Source: Eledone cirrhosa
Taxonomy: Eukaryota
NCBI GenBank assembly: GCA_964016885.1
Contig: OZ024742.1
Location: 242,606,001-242,670,000, forward strand
Reading direction: 5' to 3'
Length of the DNA: 64,000 nucleotides
This document shows positions 26,880-40,945 of this stretch, in pieces (positions within the stretch are counted from its first letter, which is position 1; each line of letters opens with the position of its first letter). The notes below the pieces were generated by a model that was not told where the DNA came from, searched no databases, and saw only the letters and a list, made by a program, of their open reading frames with translations. The position numbers and the translations under genes were made by a program.

Positions 26880-28483
26880 TTTCTAACATAGACACAAGAC
26901 TCTCATTGGAATTTACACAACATCAACTAGGTAGATTATGTATGCATGCCTGCATGTGTATATATGGATGTTATTGTATGTGTGGATGTGGATGTTTTGA
27001 GTTGTATGTGTGCATGTGTATATGCTTTGTATCTGTACATGTGTATATGCAGTTATTAGATGCAAAATATTTGGAATGTTTTACATATTTTTACTGTTCC
27101 ATTAATGGATTGTACTTGTAATTTCCTAACTAGTTGTGTTCGTTCTGTTCCTGTGAAGCCTAGCTTCTCAAGATTTATATTTTAGGCAGTTACTAACATA
27201 CCCCAGTGTCCCAATAATCACAGGCATAAATCTGAAGGTGTAATCAGGGTGGAGTATCTGCAGATTTCTCATCAGTTCTGCATAAATATTCTCCTTTTCG
27301 CTAATCTTTGATATTATATTGGCATCTGCTGGGCAGCTAATTTCCACTACTGTGTATGCTTTCTTCTCACTGTCCCATTTCATGATGTCTGGTCTGTTAT
27401 GTCTGCATTTTATTGGGGTTTTTACTGGAACATTCCACCAGTACTCTTTCATATTATGTATATATATATCTTCCACATTGCTGTAGCTTTTAATGTGTTT
27501 ATTATCGGGGCTATCTTTTTTACGAACTGCATTGTACAGTGTTTTGGCCACTACACCATGCCTCATAGGTAGATAGTACCGCGATGACATCTTTGGAAAG
27601 CTGCTGATGACATAGGTGATATCCTCGATGTTAGTTCTGCAGAGTCTGCACTTGTTATCACATCTAGGTGTTTGCCTGCATCCCTATCTCTTTTGGAAAT
27701 CAGGTATTTCGTGTTAATCTCCTGTTCTTGGATTGCGAAAGCGTATCCTTCAAAGTGAAAGCCAATATAGCGGTTGTTGGTCCAAGATAGACTACTTTCC
27801 TTATCTATATTACTCTCACTCTGGAGCTTCCTGGCAACATATCCATGCATGATTTTTTGCTGATATGCATGCAGTTTTTCAACCATGGATTCACTGCGAT
27901 ACTGCTGAACGACTTCCCTGGGTGTGAGTTTTTGATTATCACACGGGGAATATCTCTCGAGGAGTTCCTTCCCAACTTTCATGATCTTATCTGTTTCATG
28001 CAGATATACTAGCTCAAGAAACGGGCTCCTACGCTTCGAGGTTCGTAGATGTAGTCGGAGAGATATGATGCGACATTCAAATGTTGTCTGGACTGATGTT
28101 AGGCCTCTGCCTCCCTGCTTACGTTTCAAGTAAAGGCGGTCTATGTCACTGTTGATGTGGAAGTTTCCGGTGTTGTTTAGTATTTTTCAAATTCCAACAT
28201 CAACTGCTCGGATTTCGTCTATCGTCCAATTGAGTATTCCAAACGTTGGTGTTAGGACAGGCACAGCAAACACATTGTGAGCCACTGTTTTGTTTTGCGC
28301 AGAGAGTTCCGATGACCAGATCTTTCTTAATCTGGTGTAGTATTCCCTGGTTACGCGTTGTTTATTACAAATACCATTATAGGATATGTTCTCATCTCTC
28401 CCCAGGTATCTGTAACCGTCCTCATCAGATATCGGTAAAATAGTTAGGCCATTGATGACAATGTTGCTAGATTGGGTTGTTGT
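26880..28483 (-). mobile_element. Dong/R4-clade LINE, 5'-truncated and decayed
   Basis: KRKQGGRGL, FEGYAFAIQEQEI, CCHC region, restriction-like endonuclease HNRPDI..VVEISCP, and C-terminal GTVKICKTF stop at ~27056. 3' UTR ends at (GA)n. Confidence 0.9.
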
Positions 28484-29217
28484 GACAAGGTTGTAAAAGA
28501 AAAGAAATTGTCATCCCTTGAATCGCAAGAATGTTTTGCAAATTTTGAAGGTGCCAACTATCGCAGCCATTTATAGACTATGAATTAGGGAGCTGCGCTC
28601 TTTGTCCGCAAATCCAAGTTCAGTTATACATTGGTCCAAGCGGGTTGGTATATAACCCGTAGCACCAATAATGATGGGTATGAAGCTAAAGGTGTATCTT
28701 GGATACTAGATTTGTAAACTCTTCATCAATGGTCCGTAGATGTCCTCCTTCTCCTGTAATTTTCTGACAACGTTTACATCAAGTGGGCAGCTGATCTCCA
28801 CAACAGAACACGTTTTCAATGTGTGGCCCCAAACAACAATATCAGGCCGGTTGTGCTTTAATTTGGTGGCAGTTTTTATTTTCAGGTTCCACCAGTATTC
28901 CTTAGTGCCATCTGTCTCAATATATTCTCCCTCGTTTGTTGTTAATTTTGTTTTCCGAAGTGCGTTCCAGATAGTTCTAGCTATCCCATCGTGTCTCATG
29001 GGGAGGTAGTAGCGAGATGACATCCTTTCGCAGCTGGCAACAATGTGGCTTACATCTTCGATCTTTGTTTTACATAGCCTACATTTATTGTCAGCTGATG
29101 GCTCTCCTCTTTTGTGCAGCAGATATTTGGTAGGGAGTTCTTGTTCTTGTATTGCATAGAGATATCCTTCAAGGTGTGATGTCATAAACTTGTCGGAACT
29201 CCATGCCAGACTTTTTG
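28484..29217 (-). mobile_element. Second Dong/R4-clade LINE 3' fragment (different subfamily)
   Basis: EGYLYAIQEQEL, CRLCKTKIEDVSHIVASC, HNRPDIVVW..VVEISCP, GTFKICKTF. Confidence 0.9.
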
Positions 29218-29447
29218 AATGGTTTATCCCCTCTATGGTCTGTGTTCTTGCCTGTTCATGTATGTATGTATCTGTGTATGTATGTATCTGTGCATGTTTT
29301 CTTTTTATTTCATCTTTAACGTTCTATTAATAACTTCTGGACAGCTACCTATGTATGTTTGTATGTATGTACGTATGTATGTATGTACGTATGTATGTAT
29401 GTACGTATGTATGTATGTACGTATGTATGTACGTATGTATGTATATA

Positions 29448-31100
29448 TGTCAGGTCACCAGTTGGTGCTACTAGTAACATGTATCCCAGTACAACTTGTC
29501 TCGTGGTCGGGTCGTTGGCGACTAAACTGGCAACCCCACCAAGGTTTCTTGGTGAGGAGGGTGACTTTGGACATCCTGCAGGACTAAAAACAAAATCTGT
29601 CAAAGGGCAAAGGAGCTCTTAAGAGTCAATGGCCATCCAAAATCACCGGGAGAGATGACCCCTTAGCCTTTGTCAAGGCAGAATTCTAGGAGAAGGAAAA
29701 CTCTGATATAACACCTGCAACCCTGATGGTATCCAATGATGTTGACTTGTTCTTCTTTTTGGTAAATATCATCTTGGTTAAGAGAGTGGGACTGGCTTTG
29801 TGCAGAGCCTTTGTTCACTATAAAAGCTTCACGGCACAGGCATTGCTTTGTATCTGGAGATCTCTCTGCACTTGTCGTCACATGGTACCATGGGCCCAGC
29901 ACTATGTGTCAATAATTGTCACAAGTGTAGTGTTTGTACCAGAGTTTTCAAGTCGCTGGCTGGACTAAAAAGTCACACTTGTTCAGCGCATCGGTAGGGG
30001 TTCTCCTACATGGATATAAAGTAGTTGCCGTACTCGAAAACGAGTTGGCAGCCACCACCATGTATGTATGTATGTATGTATGTATGTATGTATGTATGTA
30101 TGTATGTATGTATGTATTTATGTATGTATGTATGTATGTCGGGTCTTTGGCGACTAAACCGGCAACTCCACTAAGCTAGCTTGGTGAGGAGGGTGATATT
30201 TGGACACCCTGCGGGATGAATTACAAGACCTGGCAAAGGGCGGAGAAAATCGCAGAGTCAACGGCCATCCAAATAGTAGTTCTGTGTTTTGTATTTTGTT
30301 TTTTTCACCTGGGAGTGAAAGGCCCCAGTTGCTGTCACAACACCTTTCTAGGAGAGGAAACACTGAAAAAAAAAACAAAAAACCTGCGGCTTCGGAAGCA
30401 TCCGATGATGTTGACGAGTCCTCTTTTCGGGTAGTGTTTTCGATGCTCAGAGAGTGGGATTGGTCGAGTGCAAGGCCTTTCCCCACTTTAAAAAGTTTCA
30501 AAGCACAGGCATTGCTTGTTCAGGATGTTACAGGTTCGTGTGCTGGCTGTAGCCTAAAAGTGCACCAAACTCTATAATCTGACAAGAGATTGCAATACTC
30601 TTAGCATGTATGTTTGTATGTCGGGCCGTCGGTGACTAAACCGGAAACCCCATCAAGGTTGCTTCGTGGAGATTTTGGACACCTTGCGGAATGAAAAACA
30701 AGACCCGCCAAAGGGCGGAGGAACTCAGGAAAGTCAACGGCCATCCAATACATTTCTTTTTGGCGGAGCGTGAGAGTCCTCGTCTTCATTAAGATATTTT
30801 CTAGGAGAAGGTTACTATGATAAAAGACCCGCGACTTCATTTGCATCCAACGATGTAGACCAGTTCTTCTTTTTGGGTAAATGCATTTGTAAATGCATTT
30901 GATGTTATGAGAGTGGGATTGGCCCTGTGACAGCCTTTCCTCACTTCAAAAAAGGGCCAAGCATAGGTATCGCTTGATATATGACATTTTTTGTGATGCA
31001 TGGGATGGCATGTCCCTAGCAGGACTAAAAAGCCACCTCCATGATGCTCATGCTTAAGTATCAAGCGATAGCATTACTCGCATTCCAGTTGCAGCCATCA
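29448..31100. mobile_element. Stack of short LINE (RTE-like) 3' ends in (TATG)n arrays
   Basis: Three related minus-strand ends (gtcggg..gcgactaaac.ggcaac..; ~29507, 30138, 30620). Plus-strand ends encode terminal C2H2 fingers (CSVCTRVFKSLAGLKSH at ~29926-29976; GLKSHLHDAH at ~31022). Confidence 0.7.
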
Positions 31101-32641
31101 TGCATGTATATATAGATGCATACATGCATGAATGTATATACGCATGTGGCGAAGATGGAGTAACTTATTCCAAACCCACGCCCTTTTGTATGGAAACTTC
31201 ATGGTATGTTTTGCTATGTATATCTACCTATATACACCTCACATACACACACCCTTATATATGAACATATACACATCTATAAATATATATTACACATTTA
31301 TATAGATATATATTGTGTGTGTCTGGGTATATGGATATGTTATAGTTAAGTTTGGCATGACACTTCCTAATAAACATCTACAACCCTGTAATAACATCTT
31401 AGTAGAAATTTACTAGCCATTACTTTTATGAAAAAAGCCAAACGTTACTTTTATTTTAATGATCTTTCTATTGCAGCATAAAGTAGTTAATTAGAAATCC
31501 TCATTTATAATTAAGAGTCCATGGCTTTCTATCTGTTCTATATAGAAATTACATTTCTGTCATAAGAGAAAATTGAAACCTCTATTCTTTTAATGACAAA
31601 CGAAATCGCCAACAGTCACACATACACTAATTAACACACAGTTATTAATGCATACACTTATTAACGCATATACATATATGTTTATATAATGTAGGAAATT
31701 ATTGGAATGTTGTTTAAAATTCATAAGAAATAGAAAATGTTGACAGATGTGTAAATGATATTTGTTTAGTTCTACCTTATGGAAATAGTCTACAAAAATA
31801 TATGTATTACAAGTGAAATATGTATTACAAGTGAAATGCAAATATAGCCGTACGCGCCAAATATTTGAGAAACTGCCTTCTTTGATCAAAATCAGGATTA
31901 TATTTATATATGAGGAGGAAACAATTGAAATCCTTCCCCAAGCAAAAACGGAATAACATAAGCAACCAAATTTAAAGTGTTGTTTATGTGGAAAAAACAT
32001 TCTCTTGGAATTATACTGTAGGGAATTGACTCCTGAAACTTTCTATACGAGGAGAAAATACAGTATATTTGAATATGGAAAACATATCTGTGAACCTATA
32101 CAAAGTATGTGCTTCCTCGAAGTGTGGCTGAACAGAATGTAGACTTTGGGAATCAAGGATTTTCACAGCAGAATAAACAGGCAAACTGAGAAATTAAAAG
32201 ATAAAACGCTTTCTTTCTTATACTTTGTTCTAGAGAGGAAGTCCGGATAACGAATAGTAAATATTTTACAACTGTATAGAAAGCAGTGTAGTTATATTAT
32301 ATTTTCAAAGCAATGATGTTCTGTATCCGTTTCAAAACATGTCTCGTGCTAGTGAGTTTAAAATAGATTAAATATAACAAAACTTTTCATTATTTTAAAG
32401 TATATGTCACATTTTGAAATGCATCATTCTGTCGGAGTTGTTTATCTTCTCACCAGTGACCCAAAGTAATTATATATTTATTCAGATGAATCATACTTGA
32501 TTAGTTACACTTAAAATGTTCTAAATTTTCAAAATTGTTTTGTATATATTTTGTTTAGAAAATGTTTTTATTGACTTGATGCGAGAGATTATAATTTGTG
32601 GCAGAATCGGTAGAGCCTCGGAAAACATGGTTTATGACATA

Positions 32642-33243
32642 CTAGCAGTGGTATCCGGCGTTGCACGAGATAAGGTATTTTGGAACACGGGCCGCCAATA
32701 GACCTAATCGTGTAAAAACTGCATGCCTGGACAATATGTAAAGAAAATAAACCGAATACTCTGTTGGTTGGATAATCTTTAAGATTTTCCTCGATGAAGC
32801 AGGAAAAATGCAGGTTTTCACCTAATGCGGGCCCTAGGGGATCAAGAAAATGAATTTTTTTATGTGCATAATAATATGCCTTGAAATTTCGGGAAAATCG
32901 GCTAGACGTAACGCCTCCAAAAAGCCCTAAGAAGCTGAAAAAATGAAGTTTTTCACCTAATAACATAACAAAGTTGGATTTTCTTTGCTTACGGTATGAA
33001 GAAGAGACTGACTAATACATAGTTACAATTTCAAGGAAATCGGTCTGACGTAACGCCTCAAAAAACCCCTAAAAATGTTTAAAAACGCAGTTTTTCACCT
33101 AATGCGGGCCCTAGGAGATAAAAAAAAGTTGAATTTTTTATGTGCATAACACTCCCTGAAACACAAGTAATACACATGTAAAGTTTGAAAAAGATCGGTT
33201 GGGTACTTCTCGAGTTTTAGGGATTCAAACTGACACACACACA

Positions 33244-33306
<63 letters not shown>

Positions 33307-33315
33307 TCTCTCTCC

Positions 33316-33377
<62 letters not shown>

Positions 33378-33958
33378 TCCTCAGCGAAGTGACGTAATGC
33401 AGACAGTCAGACATACAGACAGATATTATAAGGGCGCGACGTTATATGTATGTATCTATCTAAAAAGAGAAAGATTAAGAATTATAGGGCGAGATCGCTA
33501 AATCGCCTAATACGACTAGGGCATTGAAAATTTGAAATTTCTTTTTGCCCAGAACACTCCCTGAAACATAAGTATTACATGTATAAAGTTTGAAAACAGT
33601 CGGTTTGGTGCTTCTCTACAATACTAAGCGGTAAAACCTTTATTCTCGTAAAGGCACGTAAGTAAACAAACTGAAGCTATTACAGCCAGACATACAGACA
33701 GATATTATAAGGGCGCGATGTTATATGTATATATCTATCTAAAAAGAGAAAGACTAAAAATTATAGAGAGAGATCGCTAAATCGCCTAATGTGGTCCCTA
33801 GGGCATAGAAAATTTGAAAATGTTTAGCTCAGAAGACTCCCTGAAACATTAGTATTACATGTGTAAAGTTTAAAAACAGTCGGTTGGGTGGTTCTCGAAT
33901 TTTAGGGATTCGAACTCACACGCACACAGACAGACATCCTCAGTTTTATATATATAGA
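32642..33958 (-). mobile_element. Non-autonomous Helitron
   Basis: Minus-strand 5' TCTATATATATAAAACTGAGG at 33958; 3' hairpin gcaacgccgg..CTAG|T at 32642; internal repeats. Confidence 0.8.
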
Positions 33959-34038
33959 CTAGCAGAAAACCGCCCACCGTGTGGTTTTCTGCTAGTATAT
34001 ATATATATTACACACACAGAAATGTATATATATTTCTG

Positions 34039-34077
<39 letters not shown>

Positions 34078-34488
34078 CACACACAGAAATGTATATATAT
34101 TTCTGTGTGTATATATATATATTTCTGTGTGTGTATATATATATATATTACACACACACAGAAATGTATATATGTTTCTGTAGCACTCCTCAATTCCCCC
34201 CTCTCTCCCTCCCGCTATCCCCCCTCTTGTCGTCTGTCTCTTTCTTTCACTCTCACTCTCTCTCTACGCGTGCGCAAAAAACATTCGCACGCGCGCACGT
34301 GTTTTAGCGTCTATTCACTCTTTCTCTCTCTCCCTCTCTCCCTCCCGCTATCCCCCTCTCGTAGTCTGTCTCTTTCTTTCACTCTCACTCTCTCTCTACG
34401 CGTGCGCAAAAAACATTCGCACGCGCGCACGTGTTTCCACTGTCGGACACACAGACAGAGAAATTGCTGGTTATATATTATAAGGAGA
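33959..34488 (-). mobile_element. Second non-autonomous Helitron, joined head-to-tail to the first
   Basis: Minus-strand A|TCTCCTTATAATATATAA at 34488, CTAG at 33959-33962, and an internal direct repeat of ~100 bp. Confidence 0.6.
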
Positions 34489-34489
34489 T

Positions 34490-34870
34490 AGTCACAGCCT
34501 TTTACGTTCCGAGTTCAAATACCGCAGAGGTTAGTTTTCCCTTTCATCCTTACAGCGTAACGCACTGGAGTCGATTTAATCGACTTTCCTCTCCCCCACA
34601 ATTGTGCCTAAATCAAAAACCAATATTATTAGATGACAATAGGGCGGTGGATTGACAGTATCGGTTGAACGTTGGACAATATGCTTTGTAGTATAAAGTT
34701 ACGGCCCTTTAGGTCCTGATTTCAAACCTCGCCGGGATTAGCTTTGCCTTCATTCTTACGGGGTCGACAAAATACAGTACCAGTAACGTAATGAAGTCGA
34801 TTTAATCGACTTTGTCTTCCCTTTAAATTAAAGACTTTGTGCCAAACATAGAAACAATTATTAGATGACA
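34490..34870 (+). mobile_element. Two tRNA-derived SINE copies
   Basis: B-box gagttcaaat and the core shared with 25628-26470. Confidence 0.8.
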
Positions 34871-35494
34871 ATAACACGCTGTTAAGTTTTGTCTATATTA
34901 AAAGTGCATATTTCATACACAATTTGAGGCTGATTAAAACACATTGAATTGAGTAGGATAGTTTTCGAAGTCTAATACGCTGTTAACCGATGTAGTGTTA
35001 GAATGAAACCTTGGAGGATAGGATCTTAAGATGCTATAAGTTTCAAATACAGTGCACTCTTAGAGAACAAAATGTTATTATGCAATATATAGAAGACGGG
35101 AAACATTTTGCAAGTCATAAACCGATTATGTGTAGATTTGAAATGATAATGAGAAAAAAAAACAGCAATAAAACAATAACAAAGAAAACCCGAAACGGTT
35201 CATCACAAAAAAAGGTGAATAACACAGGATAGCATTTGCATATCATAAAAATTAGCTGTAAAGTATATGTATTAAAGCAGAAATACGATGATAAATATTA
35301 TCTCTCTTTCATCCTCTCCTTCCCCACACTCTCTTGCATATGTATATATATATTCATACACTTACATTTATATGTATGAATATATATATATATATAAAAT
35401 AATTGTATAAATGAGGTTCACCCTCTCCTTCTATCTAACACACATACACAAACACATATAGACATAGATGCATATACTCACACACACACACACG

Positions 35495-35525
<31 letters not shown>

Positions 35526-35660
35526 GTGTATATAAACACACACACACATATATATATGTATATAAACACACACACACATATATATATATATGTATATAAA
35601 CACACACACATATATATATGTATATAAACACACACACACACATATATATATTATATAAAT

Positions 35661-35694
<34 letters not shown>

Positions 35695-35702
35695 GTATAT
35701 AA

Positions 35703-35734
<32 letters not shown>

Positions 35735-36278
35735 GTATATAACCACACAAAGAAGTTAACATATGTCATCTAAATGATTTATTACATAGTGTGTATCATG
35801 GGATATAGAAGTGGATTTTCTCCCCAAAGGAAATAGTTGGATCTGAAAAATGTTTCATTAAAAACTGCAGCAACAGCATAAATTATGAAACGCACATGTA
35901 ACGTATGAAAACGGTTTCTTATGAATATATTTCGAGCAAGTTAAACATAAGAAAAGCAGTTTGGTGGAGACACGTGGAGGACGTAAAGATGGAATACAAG
36001 GCAAGCAATTCTATCTGATAAGGAGACTTTATTTACTTTTTATATTTTTTGCTAATACACAAGTGAAAGAGATAAAATAGCAGAGACACACGAGATCTTC
36101 AAAGAAGGGAAAATAAGGCAAAAAGAAAATATATATATATATATTGTACACACTACGCTAATTCAGGCTCACTGGAGGCATAGAAAGAGAGAGGGGGAGG
36201 GGGGAGCGAGAGTGAGAGGGTGTGTGAGTGTGAGAGAGTGAGAGGGGTGAGAGGGGTGACAGAGTGAGTGAAAGAGGA

Positions 36279-36629
36279 AATACATTTAGATTGTTGGAGA
36301 GCAAAAGTACTATCAAGGAGAGAGAGTGAGAGAGAGAGAGAGATAAATACTTTTAGATTGTTAAAAAGGGACAGAGATAAGTAATAGAGAAGGGAGAGAA
36401 AGGGGGTGAGAGAGGGGGTGAGAGACTGATTGAGAGAGGGGGGGTAAATACATTTAGATTGTTGGAGAGCAAAAGTACTATCAAGGAGAGAGAGTGAGAG
36501 AGAGATAAATACTTTTAGATTGTTAAAAAGGGACAGAGATAAGTAATAGAGAAGGGAGAGAAAGGGGGTGAGAGAGGGGGTGAGAGACTGATTTAGATTG
36601 TTGGAAAGCAACAGAGATAAGTAATATCA

Positions 36630-36687
<58 letters not shown>

Positions 36688-36800
36688 AAATAGGGAGAGT
36701 GAGAGAAAGAGAAAGAGAGAGGAGAGAGAGAGAGGGAGAGAGAGGGTAAATGCATTTAGATTGTTAAAAAGAGACAGAGATAAGTAATACAAAAGTAATG
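36279..36800. repeat. GA-rich ~170-bp imperfect tandem repeat
   Basis: 36279-36432 repeated at 36447-36592, with a degenerate third copy. Confidence 0.8.
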
Positions 36801-36804
36801 CAGA

Positions 36805-36843
<39 letters not shown>

Positions 36844-37128
36844 AAAAATCAAGAATGAAGTAAAAGAAAGACCGATACAGGGATTAGACAAAAATGGAGG
36901 AAGAAATTGAGAGATTGAGATAAAATGTATTGGATGAAGGTTAGGATAGGAAGAAGTGAGCAAGTAAAGAGTTTCAATATAAAAGACCTATATTGATAGA
37001 ACCCTACCTAGAGATACCGTGAGCAGATTGATAGATAGACAAGGAATATATACATTTATACATACACTAACACACACACACAGTTATTAGATGACAATTA
37101 TATATATACAAACTATATATATATACAA

Positions 37129-37161
<33 letters not shown>

Positions 37162-37164
37162 CAA

Positions 37165-37203
<39 letters not shown>

Positions 37204-37206
37204 CAA

Positions 37207-37247
<41 letters not shown>

Positions 37248-37278
37248 TGTATATATATATATACAAACACACACACAC

Positions 37279-37318
<40 letters not shown>

Positions 37319-37447
37319 AAAGTTATATTTAAAATTGTTGGGTTACAACTAGTAAATATTTATAACTGGTATAAAAGCACTCGACAAATATTTGGAGTAT
37401 ATTTACAATATTAAATAAATGGAAAACTATATTTATAAAACCATATT

Positions 37448-37513
37448 TATTTCATTATATATATTTCGGGGATATCATATTAACAATATGCTATGCCTTC
37501 ATCAGACAAAATA
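37448..37513 (-). ncRNA. Type I hammerhead (mirror copy)
   Basis: Reverse complement of 37682-37747. Confidence 0.75.
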
Positions 37514-37681
37514 CAATATAAACAGTTTTATAGACAAATAGGTTCGACATACCGTTATAACACCGACTTCATTTGAAGAGGTTTACTCTGGCTGTTTACT
37601 CAGCCAGAGTAAACCTCTTCAAATGAAGTCGGTGTTATAACGGTATGTCGAACCTATTTGTCTATAAAACTGTTTATATTG

Positions 37682-37747
37682 TATTTTGTCTGATGAAGGC
37701 ATAGCATATTGTTAATATGATATCCCCGAAATATATATAATGAAATA
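37682..37747 (+). ncRNA. Type I hammerhead
   Basis: TATTTTGT-CTGATGA-AGGCATAGCATATT..AATATGATATCCCC-GAAA-TATATA-TA-ATGAAATA. Confidence 0.75.
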
Positions 37748-37916
37748 AATATGGTTTTATAAATATAGTTTTCCATTTATTTAATATTGTATATATATAT
37801 ATATATATTCCTTCCATATACTGTACCGATTCTGTTGTTATTTCTGTTTACCTTTTATATATATATATATGTGTGTGTATACAAACACACACACACACAT
37901 GCACACATATATATAC

Positions 37917-37973
<57 letters not shown>

Positions 37974-39104
37974 AAGAGAGAGAGAGTGAAAGAGACTGAG
38001 CGAGGGCGATAGACAGACAGACAGATAGATAGATAGAGGGCGATAGACAGACAGATAGATAGATAGAGGGGAGGGGTGTTGAGAGCAATATACAAAGACA
38101 GACAAAGCGAGAGATGCGGAGTGGAATGGATATAATGTGTGAGCGAGAACGAAAGCTAAACATTTCAAGGAGACTAGCTAGATGGAGTAGATGGAGAGAA
38201 TAAAATTTAAAAAAAACAAAAACAAAAAAAAAAACGACATACAGACAAAGATAGAAGGAACAATTAAGACGTAGAGCGTTTTAGATGAAAGAGAAAGAAC
38301 GATTAAAAAATAGAAAGAGAGAAAAGGAGTCTGAAAACAAATAACGGAAATAAAATATAAACTAATTTAAAAAAAACAACAGCGTTAGTCGAATGACTAT
38401 CACTTCTGTCAACAGTTGATAACCAACCACAAATAGCGAATGTCTAGCTGCTTCTCTTTACAGTAAAAAAAAAGACAAAAAGAAACACCAAAAGACAAAA
38501 AACAAAAACGAAACAAACAAGCAATGAAAAACACTCAAGATTATGTTAAACGCGTGCAGATGAGCTGAGAGCTGTTATATGAGAAATAAAACAAAATGAG
38601 AAAATATAAACAGATATGCATTTAGGGACTAAGTAAACGGGAGTTAATATATGTTATGAAATATTTTAATAGTTAAATTTAAATTGATACTTGCTATAGT
38701 GTAAGAGGCAAAATTACACTACTCTGCAAATAATATGTGGTGTATATTTTTAATAGCCTCATAATTGTGGAAGTTTCTATGGAGGAACTAGGGAAAATAC
38801 ATAGGATGGTATAAACTTTGCATGAATAACGAATAATACTTTCATGAAGAGCTTTGCACACAACGTAAAAATACTTTACCGTTTACATTACTCTATAATA
38901 TATATCCTATTTAAATAAACTTATCCGGGGTTCGTTGTTCAATGTGGTGCAGTAAATAAATATATACATGTATACCAGGGCCGAACACAAGGAAACCAAA
39001 CTCCCACTGCCACTCCTCCGTCTCACCCGCTCTCTCCAACTCTCACTATTATTAGCAAATGGGGGCCTAACTCTATCTCCTGCTGACTGCCACTAGTCTG
39101 TTTG

Positions 39105-39330
39105 TATCGACAGTCGATCGGCTTTCGTCAAATCGGACCGAGGAAACAATGTTTCCGTTTGTCTTTCCAATTGCTAATACTATCTATCGGTCGCAACTCC
39201 AGGTAGAAGGAGCAACGTGAAATAAAGTGTCTTGCTCAAGGACATAACACATCTCCCGGTTCAGGAATCGTGCTCACAACCTCACGATTGCGAACCTAAT
39301 TCTCTAACTACTCGGCCATGCGCCTTCTGT
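39105..39330 (-). mobile_element. tRNA-derived SINE, same family as 26030-26255
   Basis: cagtcgat..aaatcggaccgaggaaacaatg..gtgaaataaagtgtcttgctcaaggac..caggaatcg. Confidence 0.8.
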
Positions 39331-40151
39331 TTGTATTCTGGGAGAAATATTTAACTTTTTGCTTGAGCAACTGTCTTCAGTAGCTTTACTGATGTTGTGG
39401 GATCAGACAGGTTCATTGCTGATTGTTGGCTTTCTTCATTATATGCCAGGGTTGGGTGGTTGGGTAATAAGAACAATAGTACACATTATTACTATCTAAC
39501 TGGGAGTTGATTGAGGTTTTATAATAAAGTACTTTCGCCGTAGTCAAAGGGAAAATGTTCATACTTAAGCTTACGTACGTAGATTTCATAATTGCTTCGG
39601 TTGCACATTAGGATTCATACAGGAAAATTTTTACTATCCTCCCGAACTGTTGATATACTCATTGTAACAATTTTGGAGTTAAAATGAAAATATATCCAGC
39701 TTAACTTCCAATATAACTAATATAGAAGGACAAATAAAATATTTAGAACACTTTTCTATTTTTCCCTATCGAGAACAATTAGTGTAATATTTGTTAATTA
39801 GGTTATTAAACTCGTTTTTTCATGCTTTTGTTTATCCTATCGACGCAAAATAATTACATAAAACATATATTGTAGAATTAGTATTTCAAGGAATAAATAC
39901 GGGAGTGATGGCAAGTGATTTTAAATATTTAGATAAGTTAACAATATAGAGACCACCTCAAGTTAAATCTTTTATTTACGTAGATTGGAACACGAATTAA
40001 GTTAATAGATAATTGATGCAAGCTAAATATTTGATTCTATGAGTAGTGCAGCAGACTTAGAAAAGAAAAAAAGCGCCCAAGAAATGTATACCATTTAGAC
40101 TACTGTCACCTGGCAAAGGGATGTTGTTAAAAGGAACACAGGAACTTAAAC

Positions 40152-40210
40152 CTTCTTCTTCTTCTTCTTCTTCTTCTTCTTCTTCTTCTTCTTCTTCTTC
40201 TTCTTCTTCT

Positions 40211-40245
<35 letters not shown>

Positions 40246-40945
40246 TTCTTCCAGCGGGTCCCGTCAGAGGCAACCACCTCCTACATATCCGGCTGGATCC
40301 CCAAGCGAGACCAGCCAAACTCATGGATGTTATCTTACTTAGGGTCTGCTCCTGGGTTTCCTGCCGGTTGGTTTTGTACGTAAAATCTGACCAATGATTC
40401 TTTCCTGAGGCATTCTAACCCATTCCTTTAGTATCGGACCTGTGATCTCTCAATTCGGAGAAGTAGTGGCTTTACCTGGAGCAACTCTCTGATTTCTGAG
40501 CTATGTTCTCTCTCAAGTAACCTTACTTCAAATACCCGTCGGAGGAAACATATTTCGGCCGCTTGTATTGGCGATCGTATTCTTTCGGTTACTACCCAGG
40601 ATTCATGACCATAGGTAAGGCTTGGCAGGAATACCGAATTAAGGATATCGTGTTTGGCTTTTACATCTACCTCCCTTCTGATTATAGAATGCTGAAGCTG
40701 ACACACTACTGTACCAGCTCCTGCAGTTCTTTTCAGCCTCCTGCCTTCCATCACTCTTGAACACGACCCCAAGATACTTGAAATTCTCTACCTGCAACAG
40801 TGGAACTCCATTCACATGTAGTATGCACTGCGCAGGCTTCCTTGAAAGAACCAGTGTCTTAGTTTTAACAGCCCTGATTTTCATTCCAGCCATGCAGCAC
40901 TCGCCATCAAACCTATCGAGTGCAAGTCGGAGATCACCTTAAATC
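40152..40945 (-). mobile_element. RTE-like LINE 3' fragment with a (GAA)n tail
   Basis: GMKIRAVKTKTLV..QVENFKYLG and LPSLTYGHESW; (CTT)n at 40152-40251. Confidence 0.85.

Larger units (their letters stand above)
37317..37791. mobile_element. Penelope-like hairpin element: 191-bp inverted arms, 6-nt loop, tail on the left
   Basis: 37404-37594 is the reverse complement of 37601-37791; flanked by (TA)n. Confidence 0.85.

Noticed and set aside
31690-32200. Cys-containing, coding-like stretch
   Set aside because: Stops interrupt the readable frames and no family is recognisable.
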